Source of the DNA: Azolla caroliniana
Taxonomy: Eukaryota; Plantae; Polypodiophyta
Direction of reading: 5' to 3'
DNA: 64,000 nucleotides
Assembly (NCBI GenBank): GCA_043228905.1
Contig: JBHGNT010000002.1
Coordinates: 4,774,001 to 4,838,000, forward strand
The notes beneath the pieces are model-generated. The model did no database searches. It saw nothing but the letters and a program-made list of their open reading frames with translations, and had not been told where the DNA came from. Made by a program: the position numbers and the translations under genes. Of the stretch, positions 10,177 to 23,038 are shown in pieces (the stretch's first letter is position 1; every line of letters starts with the position of its first letter).

Positions 10177-12454
10177 ACGTAACGTTGTAAAGAGATATCA
10201 CTTGATCATCCTGTACATTGAGTCTCAGAGAGAGAGACAGAGATAGAGAATGTAATAGAGCTTCCATTAAAGCTTCAAATTGTGTATATCTTTGCTTCTT
10301 TTTCTCTATTGTGTTCTGAGTACGAACTGAGACAGATCCTCATACATTTCTGCATACACTTACGTTTCAACTGGTATTAGAGTGATTTGTTGCTTGGCGG
10401 CAATAGACAACAGTAAAGGCTGAAAGAAAAGACCAGTTTAGTAAATCTCACTTCCGAAAGAATCATGGCATCAACATCCGGTACAGGAGTTGAGATCCGA
10501 AAATTCGACGGCAAAAACTTCTCCCTATGGAAGGAGATGATGCAGGATGTATTGATTGTTTGAAGAGAAGCTGAGGCCATTCGACACTCTGAAAAGCCTG
10601 CTTCAATGTCAGCCGATGAGTGGAGATCAATAGACGAAATTGCACGCTCCACCATTCGAAGGCACCTAGCTGAAAACATCTACTTCAACATGGCAAAAGA
10701 GATGACAATGTTCTCATTATGGGAGAAGCTACAAGCTGTGTATGAGAAAAAATCCTCATCTTCAAAACTAATCTTGATCAAACAACTATTCAACATGAAG
10801 ATGAGAGAGACCGATCCGGTTACCTCTCACATCAACACCTTCAGTCGGGTGCTTTCAGAACTCTCCTCACAAGGGATCAACTTCGAAGAAGAAGTAAAAG
10901 CCCTTGCCCTCCTATTGAGCTTGTTGGCAAGTTGGCAGGTATTCTGCACGACATACGCTAATAGTCGACCGATCCTAAAACTGGATGAGACAATCGGCCA
11001 AGTCCTCACCGAGGACATTAGTGAAAATCAATGGGACACACCATCAATCACTTGACTCAGTCGTTCGACTGACAGAGTCGAACGAGAGAACAAGCCGATA
11101 GAACTGGTCAGAATACCAATCGATCAAAAACGAGGGGACACTGACAACGGTCGAAGTCAAGAACAGGCCGATCAAGCGAATTCTGCACACATTGCAGAAA
11201 AGTTGGCCACAACATTTCCGACTGTTGGTTGATCAAGAGGAAAAAGAGTGGTTGGCAATCCGAGCGAAATCGAGGACAACCCGACACGCACCACTCTCCA
11301 GTAGGCAACCAAATCAACGTTGCTAACTCCCGGTTAGGAGAAATCCTTTCTTTAGAGGACTCGATGATCGGAGAAGTCCTCTACACTGCAAAGGATGCAC
11401 ACACATGGTTACTGGATTCCGGTGCCACATTCCACGTGACCCCCAACATTGAGTTGTTTTCGAACTATTCAGCCGACGCCAACGACACAGTTCGATTAGG
11501 CAACGGATAGGACTGCACAATCGCAGGGACCAGAGAAGTTTTCATTCGATTTCCAAATTGCAACTTGATCACCCTCCACTGAGTTCGGCACGTACCTAAT
11601 CTGAAAAGGAGTCTGGTCTCCATCGGCATGCTAGCCAAAGACGGGTACAAAAAGACTCTAAGTGAGTCGGTATGGATGATCAACTGAGGAAACCTGAAGA
11701 TAGGAGGTGGGAACATGTACAATAACTTGTACCCAATGATGGCGATCAATCCAGAAGGGGCTGTGAACGTAGCCGAAAAGACCGACCCAAACCTATGGCA
11801 TGGCAGACTTGGCCATATATCTCAAGCCGGACTTGATCGGCTGATGGCGGTCGGCTACATCCCTAAAATCTGAGCAAAGATGGACTTCTACGACCATTGT
11901 CGATATGGGAAACAAACCTGAAGTCCGCACGCTCTTCACTACGAGATGATACGAAAGCCCCTAGAGCTCGTGCACACAAATCTTGACGGGAACTGCACGC
12001 TCCCTATACGCAACGCTCGCCCACAACCGAGCTTAGAATCATACACAGAAAACGGGAAATAAAGAACGACACGAAGAAGAGACAAGTACGCAGGATGTTT
12101 ACGTGGAAAACCCAAACTAAGGGAAAAACCACGGCAGCCCACAGGCTGCAAACTATCACTATGTTAGAATGTACAACAGTGAGTTCACGGAGGCAACGAC
12201 CTCGTGCTCACGATCCTCGCCACAGGCGGCGGTTACAACAGAGACAACGACCTCTTTCTCTCTCTCTCTCTCTCTCTCTCTATACACAGTTACGCACTCT
12301 CTCTCTCCTTGCACCAACAAGAATGACAACAACTATATCAAAAGGTTTGCCCTAAGTCATATTTATACTAATATGAATTTTTGGCTATTTACAAATATAG
12401 CCACGATGGACTCTTAGAGACATATTTACAAATATGTCTCTTCATCCGAAGAGC

Positions 12455-12840
12455 ACTCCTCACCGGGTCTTCACCATCCGGCTCTTCGTAGCCGGGTAGT
12501 CCTCATTCGGTTCTCATCAGGTCTTCACCATCCGGCTCTCCGTAGCCGGGTACTCCTCATCCGGTTCTCATCGGGTCTGCACCATCCGGTCCTTCGTAGC
12601 CGGGTACTCCTCATCCGGTTCTCACCGGGTCTGTACCATCCGGCTCTCCGTAGCTGGGTACTCCTCATCCGATTCTCACCGGGTCTGTACCATCCGGCTC
12701 TCCGTAGCCGGGTACTCCTCATCCGGTTCTCACCGGGTCTGTACCATCCGGTTCTCCGTAGCCGGGTACTCCTCATCCGGTTCTCACCGGGTCTACACCA
12801 TCCGGCTCTCCGTAGTCGGGTACTGCTCATCCGGTTTCGG
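12455..12840. repeat. 54-bp tandem array (about 7 units) in the Copia-B LTR
   Basis: Unit ccgggtactcctcatccggttctcaccgggtctgtaccatccggctctccgtag. Confidence 0.95.
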
Positions 12841-12932
12841 CCTCCGTCTATCGGCCTCGGCCGAGTTTGTTCATCGGCACTGTTCTTCTCACTTCCCATC
12901 CGGAGGGACCTGTCTCCCAACAAACTCCCCCT

Positions 12933-15900
12933 TCACTTCGGCATGGGGTGTCTTACCTGTCCGATTCTCTTCTGGCATGCCTCCAACTTGTCGGGTATCA
13001 GCACTTTAGTCAGCATATCTGACTCATTCTCGGCCATGTGGATCTTCATCCACGCGAACTCCTGGTCATCTACTCTTTCCCGGATCCAGTGATACCTTCG
13101 CTGGATATGCTTCGTCCGGGAATGGTAGGCCGCATTCTTAGCAAGGTGGATGGCACTTTGACTGTCGCAATAGAGCCGGTATTCATCTTGCCGGATACCG
13201 AGCTCTCCGATGAAGTCCTTCATCCATAATATTTCCTTGTTGGCTTCCACAACCGCCATGTACTCCGCCTCCGTGGTTGACAATGCAACTGTCTTCTGCA
13301 GCCTCGACTGCCACGAAACAGCTCCCCCTACATATGTCATTACGTACCCGGATGTAGACCGGCTGGTATCCACATCAACCGACATGTCCGAATCGGTGTA
13401 ACCGTCAAGTTGAGGTTTTCCGGAGCCGAATCGGAGACACATATTTGAAGTGCCCTTCAAGTACCGGAGTATCCATTTGACCGCGTTCCAGTGCTCCTTG
13501 TCGGGATTGCTCATAAACAGGCTCACCACTCCGACTGCGTATCCTATATCCGGTCGGGTACAAACCATTGCGTACATTAAGCTCCCGACGGTAGAGGCAT
13601 ATGGAATCTTCATCATATCCGCCTTCTCTACTTTCGTCTTCGGGCTTTGCTTACCGGATAACCTGCAGTTTGCCGGAAGTGTCGATCCGACCGGTTTCGC
13701 ATCTGACATGTTGAACCGGTGAAGCACCTTTGTCACGTACTTCTCCTGTGACAACCATAATTGCTTCATTGACCGGTTTCGGATAATATGCATCCCCAAC
13801 ATCTGTCTTGCCGGACCCAAATCTTTCATTGAGAAGGTCCAGTTGAGGGCCTTCTTCAGCATCCGTATTTTGACTTGGTCCCGTCCGACGATCATCATGT
13901 CGTCCACGTACAGAAGGAGTATCAGGAAGTCGCCTCCTTCGAACTTCTTCACAAACACGCTGTGATCAGCCTGCGTCTTGTGGTACCCTTGATCGGTCAT
14001 GAAGGAGTCAATCTTCCGGTACCATTGCCGGGGAGCCTGCTTCAGTCCGTACAGGCTCTTCTTCAACCGGCAAACCAAGTGCTCCTTCCCTTTCTCCACG
14101 AATCCTTCCGGTTGCTGCATGTAGATCTCCTCTACGAGGTCACCGTGAAGTAATGTCGTCTTCACATCTAGCTGCTCTACCTTGAGGTCCATGCTTGCCG
14201 CTATACTCAGCACCGTCCGGATGGAGGTCATCTTTACTACCGGGGCAAATATCTCGTCGAAGTCCACGCCCTTCTTCTGTTGGAACCCCTTCACCACGAT
14301 CCTGGCTTTATATCTCGAGGGGTTGTTGGCATCTCTCGGTTTCAAATTGTACACCCACTTGTTTTAGAGTGCCCGCTTTCCTTCCGGCAACTTCACCAAT
14401 TCGTACGTATGGTTCTCATGTAGGGAATCCATCTCATCCTATATGGCACTTAACCATTTGCGGTTGTGGGTGTCATCCTTCACTTCTTTAAAGCTTTCTG
14501 GCTCCCCCTCATCGGTTAGCAGCACATGCTCTGCATCCGGAAATCTCCGGGGGGGCCTTCTCTCTCTTAGAGGATATCTCCGTCTCTGGGCTTCAGTAAC
14601 CGGCTCCTCTATTTGCTCTTTATCCGAATCTGATTCGGGGTATTGGCCGGTTCCGGTTTCAGCTTCCTCTACTTCTTCTTCTGCCGGTTCAATATCCTCA
14701 CCGTAATCGGCTAGCTCCTCAAATCCTAAACGGTCTCTTACCGGTTGGGTCTGTTCATTGTAGAGTCGATCCTTACCGATCGACTCGGAGTTCATTATCT
14801 TCTTCTCCGACTCCCAGTCGGCGAGCGTCTTATCCTCCATGAAGATAATATCTCGACTCCGGAATACCTTCTTGTTGACCAAGTCCCACACTTGGTAGCC
14901 GAACTCATCGTCACCGTAACCAAGGAATATGCATGGTCGGGTCTTTGGATCTAACTTTCCTCTCCGGTCCTTAGCTACATGCACGTACGCGAGACACCTG
15001 AATATCTTCAGATGCCGGTAGGACACTTCCTTACCGGTCCAGAATCTCTGTGGCGTGTCTCCGTCGAAGGGTACTGAGGGTGATCTGTTTATCACATATG
15101 TCGCCGTCGACAGTGCCTCAGCCCAGAACTTCTTGGGTAGTTTTGCATGCGCCAGCATACTCCGGACCCTCTCCATTATGGTCTGGTTCATCCTCACGAC
15201 CAGCCCGTTTAGCTCTGGCGTCTTCGGCACGGTAAATTCGAGTTGGATTCCCTTCGAGCGGCAGTACTCCTCGAACTGCCCCCGGTATTCTCCTCCGTTA
15301 TCTGCTCGAACCGCCTTCAGCTTCCGGCCGGTTTCTCTTTCCACTCTCGCGTGGAGCTCTTTGAAGATGGATAGCACCTGATCCTTCGTCTTCAACGGTG
15401 TGGCCCACAACTTCCGGCTGTGGTCATCTATGAATGTCACGAAGTACTGCGCTCCGGCATGTGACTTCTTGTCTACTTGACACACATCCGTATGCACCAA
15501 CTCCAGTGGTGCATTACGTCTCATCGGTGGCCTTGGTCGGAAGGAGGTCCGGTTTTTCTTACCGACCAGACAATCAATGCACTTCTCCAAGTGCACATTC
15601 TTCACTGGAATGAGGTTGTCGTCTGCAAGCCTCTTCGTCCCCTTCTCGCTCATATGACACAGCCTCTTGTGCCACAGCTCACCGGCAGTGTCGGATGCCA
15701 CGTTCACTTCTTCCGGACATAACCGGGCATTCGTCAGGTACAGTGTGTTGCTACATGACATGACACCGTTCCAGATGCTACCCGTGTAGCCTTCATCATC
15801 TAGCCGACCGGCTGATATCAGGTTCAGACGAACCTCTAGAACGTGTCGGACATCCTTCAGCAGCAACTTGCATTCGGTTGGTGTTGTCAGCCACACGTCT

Positions 15901-16891
15901 CCTATGCCGACAATTCGGCATGTACCTTCATTCCCCATCCGGACACAGCCGTGATCACCGGCTGCGTAGAATGAGAAGCATTTCCGGTCCGGGGTAAGGT
16001 GGAACGACGCTCCGGAGTCTACCACCCAGGTCATCTCGTCGCCGGCAAGGTTTATCTCACTCTCCTCAGTGATGAGCATCAACTCTTCTTCACTTGCTGC
16101 GATTGCCGTTGTTCGCTTCCGGTCCGGCCCCCTCCGGTCTTTTACCATTCCGGTCTGGGGTCCGCTTCGAATCGGTTCCGTCGGTTTCCTTGTCTTTTCG
16201 GAAATGCCGACAGTTCTTTTGGAAGTGTCCCAGACTTCTCCCGGTTCTGGGGACTACGGTTTCTATGTCTTCCGCGTTCCGATTCGGTAAGGAGCGCTTT
16301 GGAGTCGGAGTTCGTATCTTTATCTTTCCGACGCGCCTCCTCATCTAGCAAGCTCGACTTTACTCTTGCTAGGGATAACCTTTTTCCTTCTGGCCCGACG
16401 TTGCCCAAAGTGACAACCAATGTCTCCTAGCTATCCGGGAGGGAACCGAGCAGGAGTAGCGCTAGTAGCTCATCGGCGAGAGGTACTTCCAATGAAGTTG
16501 CCTAGTGGATCAGCTCTTTGAAGGCATTCATGTGCTCCGCCATGCTGGAGCCATCTTGGTACCAGAGTCTTACTAACTTCCGGAATACCGAAACCTGATT
16601 AACAGCATTTTTGTTTTGAAACATAATGCCGATCTTCTCCCAGAGCTCATGAGCCTTGCTCTCTTCATTGAAGTTGATGTATAGGCTCATGTCGATGAAG
16701 CACCGTATGTACGCCGTTGACTTCATGTCGATCACCTCCCATATTGTGGCGTCGATCTTGTCCGGTCTCTTGTTCCCGAACTAAACCGGTAACCAAATAT
16801 CTTTAACCACGAGCATGTCCCTCATCTTCGACTTCCACACTGAATAGTTGTAGCCGGTGAGCTTGAACATGCCACCAAACGATTCGTCCAT
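12933..16891 (-). pseudogene. Copia-B gag-pol (PR WVVDSGASFH, integrase, RT LYVDD, RNase H) with stops and frameshifts
   Basis: ORF pieces 16502-16735, 16142-16420, 14439-16148 and 12933-14354 in Copia domain order. Confidence 0.92.
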
Positions 16892-17420
16892 TTTCTGTGT
16901 CGTTTCGCTCTAATACCACTTGACGGGAACTACACGCTCCCTATACGCAACGCTCGGCCACAACCGAGCTTAGAATCATACACAGAAAACGGGAAATAAA
17001 GAACGACACGAAGAAGAGACAAGTACGCAGGATGTTTACGTGGAAAACCCAAACTAAGGGAAAAACCACGGTAGCCCACAGGCTGCAAACTATCACTATG
17101 TTAGAATGTACAACAGTGAGTTCACGGAGGCAACGACCTCGTGCTCACGATCCTCACCATAGGCGACGGTTACAACAGAGGCAACGACCTCTTTCTCTCT
17201 CTCTCTCTCTGTACACAGTTACGCACTCTCTCTCTCCTTGCACCAACAAGAATGACAACAACTATATCAAAAGGTTTGCCCGAAGTCATATTTATACTAA
17301 TATGACTTTTCGGCTATTTACAAATATAGCCACGATGGACTCTCAAAGACATATTTACAAATATAGCCACGATGGACTCTCAAAGACATATTTACAAATA
17401 TGTCTCTTCATCCGGAGAGC

Positions 17421-17752
17421 ACTCCTCACCGGGTCTTCACCATCCGGCTCTCCGTAGCCGGGTACTCCTCATCCGGTTCTCACCGGGTCTTCACCATCCG
17501 GCTCTCCATAGCCGGGTACTCCTCATCCGGTTCTCACCAGGTCTGCACCATCCGGTCCTTCGTAGCCGGGTACTCCTCATCCGGTTCTCACCGGGTCTGT
17601 ACCATCCGGCTCTCCGTAGCCGGGTACTCCTCATCCAGTTCTCACCGGGTCTGTACCATCCGGCTCTCCGTAGCCGGGTACTCCTCATCCGGTTCTCACC
17701 GGGTCTACACCATCCGGCTCTCCGTAGCCGGGTACTGCTCAATCGGTTTCGG
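17421..17752. repeat. 54-bp tandem array (about 6 units) in the other Copia-B LTR
   Basis: Same unit as 12455-12840, one copy fewer. Confidence 0.95.
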
Positions 17753-19666
17753 CCTCGGTCTATCGGCCTCGGCCGAGTTTGTTCATCGGCACTGTTCTTC
17801 TCCCTTCCCATTCGGAGGGACCTGTCTCCCAACAACAAATATATATGGGCCCATGCCAGAGCGATCACTAGGAGGCTCCCGGTACTTCATCGCCTTTGTA
17901 GATGACTGTACACGGAATGTTTAGGCCTACTCGATCAGGTCCAAAGATGAAGCACTCGATGTCTTCACTCGGTAGACATCTGAAATGGAGAACCGGTTGG
18001 GACACAGAGTGAAGACACTCTGATCTGACAACAAAGACGAATATACGTCCAAAGCCTTCAAGCAATAGTTGTCTAACAAAGGGACCCGGCATCAAAAGAC
18101 CATTCCTTACACACCCATGCAGAATGGAGTAGCAGAACAGATCAACCAAACGATCCAGAAGAGGATGACGACAATGCTCCAACAAGCTCAACTGAAGCAG
18201 GAATTCTGGGCTTAAGCATTGCAAACGATCGAAGGCAATCAAGCTCGAAGTGTCATGGGAATTATGGTCAGGCAAATAGCTGACCTATGATAGGCTCCAT
18301 GTATTTGGATGCGAAGCTTACGCTGTCGAGATATTCCTCGCGGATGCGTGAAATGAGGCGGGACCTCGGGGGTCTTGCACCGAAAAGCAAGAGAGAAAGG
18401 AGAAGGGAAGAGACCCACTACGTGCGAGCGTAGATTCTCAGGGACACGGCCCTCCACACAAAGACGCGAGTGGGACACCGACACAGAGAGACACGAATGT
18501 ATGTATATATATATTAACAAGGACAAACAACAAGAAGCACGAAGTCGGTTACAATCCGAACAGGCCGGCGAACAGATGCCGATGCCTGTTCGTAAACGCA
18601 CAGAAAGAAGGGAGTAGGTTGGAGCTGCTGCCGGAAGCACTTGGGCATTAGTAAGAGTAGTGCGAGCCTCCCGAAACCTGCACAGAAAGAAGCTATGGAG
18701 TTTGGAAGAGAGAGAAGCCTTCGGCCAACAACCCGACACCACTTCGTCCTCTCTAACCGCGATCCCTTCCCCCCTCCTCGTCTCCCTCCTTTTTATAGGC
18801 AAGGAAGGAGCCGTTTCCCATTAACTTCCTACCTACCGAATCTACCTACCTAGGATCTTCTATGTACAACATAAGGCGTACGTGCATGAAGAGCCGGTGC
18901 ACCGATTCCTCTTGTGGACGGTTTTCTTCACGACATCCGCCCCCACCTAACCGCGCATCCACCCGCATGCGCCAAATTGAGTTGGGACGGAGAAAACCCG
19001 TCCAGCCTTCATTCCCCTCCCGTCGGTTCTTCCTCGGTTTCGGATCGTTCGTCGTCGCGGTCCAGGTTAACCGGATCCGGCTCGTCGTCACAACGCTTCT
19101 TGAACGCTTTGGTCCGCTTCCCAGCTACCGGTATCGCCATTCTCGTGCCGTCGAGTTCTGCCAGATGGTACGTCCCGTTTGTTGAAGACAAAGGCCGTCA
19201 ATGCGGAAGATCAAATAGCATTCGATTCGTGGTTGAGTACCTGCGTATGACAGTTTCCAAGATCGTGCACAGAGAGAGAGAGAGAGAGAGACACAAAAGG
19301 CTTTCTATTCAATATCAACAATAATACAACAACCTTACAAAAAGGTTACAAGGTCACTATATATAGTGACCGACTTAGGGCAACTACCATTTATGCTAAT
19401 TACACAAATGGCCCAAACTTGATCTATACAGAGGGATAGTGTGAATACGTCCATTATACACTTGTATTCGACACTCCCTTGTAATGGGCGTATACATGGG
19501 TTATCTAAGATTACAGGTATAAACCTAGGTTCTCGGACATATCAGTTTTGTTCGAGTCGGCAGGGTCCGAAGGCAGAAAACCGGACTGGTCGGGTCGGAA
19601 GAGTTGAAGCCGATCATTAAGGAACTGATGTCGATTGTCTGAGACCATCCTGCGCTGTGTCCGGCT

Positions 19667-22600
19667 CTAACCGGACTGGTTTGTCGTTACGCCCATTTGA
19701 TGCCGAAGGGACCGAAAGCGGTCTGCCGAAAGACACTTGGTCATTCCATCTGCGACATTGTCGGTTGTGGATATTTTCTCCAGACCGATTTTCCCTGAAA
19801 TGACGCAGTCCCGAACGAAGTGATATCGAACGTCGATATGTTTGGAGGCGTTGTGGTGAACCGGATTTCTCGACAAGGCAACAGCACCTTGACTGTCGCT
19901 ATAGACAACTGGAGCCGAGTCATGGTCGACTTGTCGAAACGTGTGCGCCAGCTGGCCGAGCCACAAAGCTTCTTTTGCAGCGTCGGACGCAGCTACATAT
20001 TCTGCTTCGGTCTTTGAGGTCGCTGTGCACTCCTGAAGTTTCGACTTCCACGAAATTGCTCCATTGCCGAATTTGAAGCAGTATCCGGTTGTTGATTTCC
20101 GACTGTCTATACAGCCGGCGAAGTCCGAGTCGGTGTAACCGACTACGCCTGAGGTTGAGTTCGGACCGAAAAGAATGCCGTGATCTTTTGTGCCAGCCAG
20201 ATATTTGAACACATGCTTGACTGCGTTCCAATGCGATCGGCCAGGATTGTGCATAAATCTGCTAACGACTCCTACGGCATGAGAAATATCAGGCCGTGTC
20301 GCGACCATCAGGTACATAAGGGAGCCGACTGCCGGTGCATACGGTACCGACTTCATATCTTCCCCCTCCGGACCGGATGTCGGGCAGTCTCGCTGAGAGA
20401 GCCGAAGATTCAAGGGGAGCGGGGTTGAAGCAGATTTGGCTGATTGCATGTTGAAGCGTTCCAAGACACGTCCGATATAGTCGGTCTGAGACAAAAAAAG
20501 ATGTCGTTTGTCGCGATGCCGACTAATCTTCATGCCGAGTATGTGTCGTGCCAGACTGAGGTCCTTCATGGCAAACTTCAACCGCAGTTGCCGAATGAGA
20601 TCGGCAAGTTCGCCCGCGTGGCGTCCAGAAATTAGCATGTCGTCCACGTAGATGATGAGGAAGATGGGTGATCCATCTTGAGCTGTGTTGGTAAAAAGAC
20701 AATGGTCCTCATCGCTTTTTGAGAAGCCAATCGATTGGATGAAGTCGTCGAACTTCTTGTACCATTGTCGCGGTGCCTGTTTGAGGCCGTATAGACTCTT
20801 CCTGAGTCGGCAGACTAGATGTTCTTGGCCAGTTGCCACGAAGCCTTTTGGTTGTTCCATATAAATTTCCTCTTCAAGATCACCATGGAGGAAGGCGGTT
20901 TTGACATCTAGCTGAATCAGCTCCAAGTTGTCGGCTGCCACTACGCCGAGTAGAAAACGAAGGGTTGTCATTTTCACCACTGGTGAAAAAATCTCGTCGA
21001 AGTCGACGCCATATTCTTGTCGGAAGCCCTTCGCAACTAATCTGGCCTTGTACTTTGGGGTGGTCGAATCAGACGTCTCTTTTAGCCGATAAACCCACTT
21101 GCAAGGAAGAGCACGTCGATTCTTAGGTAGTTCGACCAGATCCCAAGTCTTGTTTGCCCGAATGGAGTGCATTTCCGACTCCATCGCCAGATGCCAGGTG
21201 GCTGAATCGACAGATGTCGATGCTTCTTCGTAAGACGTCGGTTCACCGGCGTCGGTGAAGAAAATTCCAGGAGAATACCTCTCCGGAGGTTGCGACAGTC
21301 TCTCGGATCGTCGAGGTATGATTGGACTGGTCGCATCGGGTATCGAGGTCGGATGGTCCGAAAGCGAATTATTCTGCTGTGCCGAGTCAGAGTTGTCCGA
21401 GTCGGTGGTGTAAGGTTCAGCTACCCGTGAAGCTGACCGTGTGTTAAGAGCGGGGCCTTCTTGAAGGGTCGGCACATCGGAAAATGTTACCCTTCGGACT
21501 TCGATCGGTTTTTCGACTGATGGATTCATAGCCGACTCGTTGAACACAACGTCCGAACTTCGAACGATTTGTCTGCGTTCGGGGTCCCAGAGTCGGTATC
21601 CCATTTCGCCGTCTGATCCATATCCATGGAAAATGCATTTCCTGGACCGAGGTGCAAGTTTTCGGCGATCATCTTTCGGAATAAGGGCGTACGCCTCGCA
21701 TCCGAAGATCCTCAGCTTGTCGTAATTCGGCTTACTGCCGATCCATAGTTCCTGAGGAATTTGAAGTCCTAGAGGTCTGCTTGGCGACATATTGATTATG
21801 TGTACTGCCGTGAGTAGAGCCTCTGCCCAGAAGCCATCCGACAGTCCGGAGTGTTGGAGCATGGAAACTATCCGTTCTTGGATTGTCCGATTCATGCGTT
21901 CTGCAATCCCGTTTTGCTCCGGACTGTGTGGTGCCGTAAATTCACGTCGGATGCCGCGTTGTCGGCAGAATTTGACGAATTCTTCTGATTTGAACTCTCC
22001 CCCATTGTCGGTCCGAAAGCATTTCAGTTTTTGGTCGGTTTGATTTTCTACCATAGCGAGCCAATCGGAGAAGATCGAGAAGACACGATCTTTGGTGCGA
22101 ATTGGATAAGCCCACACCTTTCGAGTCGAATCGTCAATAAAACTGACGAAGTAAGAGGCACCACCGAGAGACTGATGCGGCATTGGGCCACAGACGTCCG
22201 AGTGGACTAAATCGAGAGGTCTCGTTTCTCTTGGTGCTGATGTCGGGTGTGATGCGGCTGCTTGTTTGCCATACTGGCAATGTTCGCAGAATTGATGGTC
22301 CGAGAAGGAGAGTTTGGGGATGTATCCGGCTCTAGATAGGTGCGTAATGCCGGCCTTGCTGAGGTGTCCTAATCTTCTGTGCCATAGTGAGGACACAGGA
22401 ATATCCACCAAAAACAGGTTACCCTCTCTGAGCGTAACATGTAGCGGATACAGTGAGTGTATCTTGGGTCCTCTAGCAAGCAGGAGGTTCCCCCTGTGGA
22501 GTGTCCACCCTCCCGAAGAAAAACCGGCACGAATGCCATCTTCATCTAGTTGTCCGACTGAGATCAATGGCCTTGAGAGCTCGGGTACATGTCGGACATT

Positions 22601-22858
22601 GTGAAGTACAAGTGTAGAGCCACCTGCAAGGTTGAGCTCTACTGTGCCGATTCCAATGATGTCACAGTGTTGCGAGTTGCCGACTCGAACTGAGTCGGAG
22701 TGACGGATCATATATTGCCGAAATTGGGATCGATGAGGAGTCACGTGAAATGACGCGCCCGAATCTAAGAGCCATGTGCTCGATTCTTCAGTCGTGAGCA
22801 GAACTTCTGATCCGACTGGATTTTCGATTGATAGTATATTCGGGTCGTTTGGTAGCAC
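19667..22858 (-). CDS. pol: Copia-D pol (protease, integrase, RT, RNase H)
   Basis: WLLDSGASFH, GAG-pre-integrase, HSDVCGP..TDNGGEF..AERMNR, IYVDD, YTDSD; in frame with gag across a single TAG. Confidence 0.93.
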   Translation of the reverse strand: MLPNDPNILSIENPVGSEVLLTTEESSTWLLDSGASFHVTPHRSQFRQYMIRHSDSVRVGNSQHCDIIGIGTVELNLAGGSTLVLHNVRHVPELSRPLISVGQLDEDGIRAGFSSGGWTLHRGNLLLARGPKIHSLYPLHVTLREGNLFLVDIPVSSLWHRRLGHLSKAGITHLSRAGYIPKLSFSDHQFCEHCQYGKQAAASHPTSAPRETRPLDLVHSDVCGPMPHQSLGGASYFVSFIDDSTRKVWAYPIRTKDRVFSIFSDWLAMVENQTDQKLKCFRTDNGGEFKSEEFVKFCRQRGIRREFTAPHSPEQNGIAERMNRTIQERIVSMLQHSGLSDGFWAEALLTAVHIINMSPSRPLGLQIPQELWIGSKPNYDKLRIFGCEAYALIPKDDRRKLAPRSRKCIFHGYGSDGEMGYRLWDPERRQIVRSSDVVFNESAMNPSVEKPIEVRRVTFSDVPTLQEGPALNTRSASRVAEPYTTDSDNSDSAQQNNSLSDHPTSIPDATSPIIPRRSERLSQPPERYSPGIFFTDAGEPTSYEEASTSVDSATWHLAMESEMHSIRANKTWDLVELPKNRRALPCKWVYRLKETSDSTTPKYKARLVAKGFRQEYGVDFDEIFSPVVKMTTLRFLLGVVAADNLELIQLDVKTAFLHGDLEEEIYMEQPKGFVATGQEHLVCRLRKSLYGLKQAPRQWYKKFDDFIQSIGFSKSDEDHCLFTNTAQDGSPIFLIIYVDDMLISGRHAGELADLIRQLRLKFAMKDLSLARHILGMKISRHRDKRHLFLSQTDYIGRVLERFNMQSAKSASTPLPLNLRLSQRDCPTSGPEGEDMKSVPYAPAVGSLMYLMVATRPDISHAVGVVSRFMHNPGRSHWNAVKHVFKYLAGTKDHGILFGPNSTSGVVGYTDSDFAGCIDSRKSTTGYCFKFGNGAISWKSKLQECTATSKTEAEYVAASDAAKEALWLGQLAHTFRQVDHDSAPVVYSDSQGAVALSRNPVHHNASKHIDVRYHFVRDCVISGKIGLEKISTTDNVADGMTKCLSADRFRSLRHQMGVTTNQSG

Positions 22859-23038
22859 ATCAGCTGAGAAGCTGACGTAATTGATCTCCTCATGCCGGCC
22901 ACTCTTCTTGTCTGATTTCTGAGACTTGTCGTTCTTGTTCTTGAGTGCGCGGCAGTCGGCTTTGATGTGTCCGGGTTTCTTGCAATAGTTGCAGATTCGA
23001 TTGTCCCGTGACTGGCTCCGTCTTCGCTGATTGTTCAG

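Larger units (their letters stand above)
11984..17834 (-). mobile_element. Full-length degenerate Ty1/Copia (Copia-B) nested in the Copia-A integrase
   Basis: LTRs 11984-12922 and 16921-17834; Met-type PBS at about 16907-16918; PPT at 12924-12933; flanking ACAAAT duplication. Confidence 0.95.

Noticed and set aside
12455-12840. CRISPR-like array or repeat protein (RMRSTRLRRAGWYRPGEN)n
   Set aside because: Units are contiguous with no unique spacers and lie in both LTRs of a Copia; the ORFs arise because 54 is a multiple of 3.
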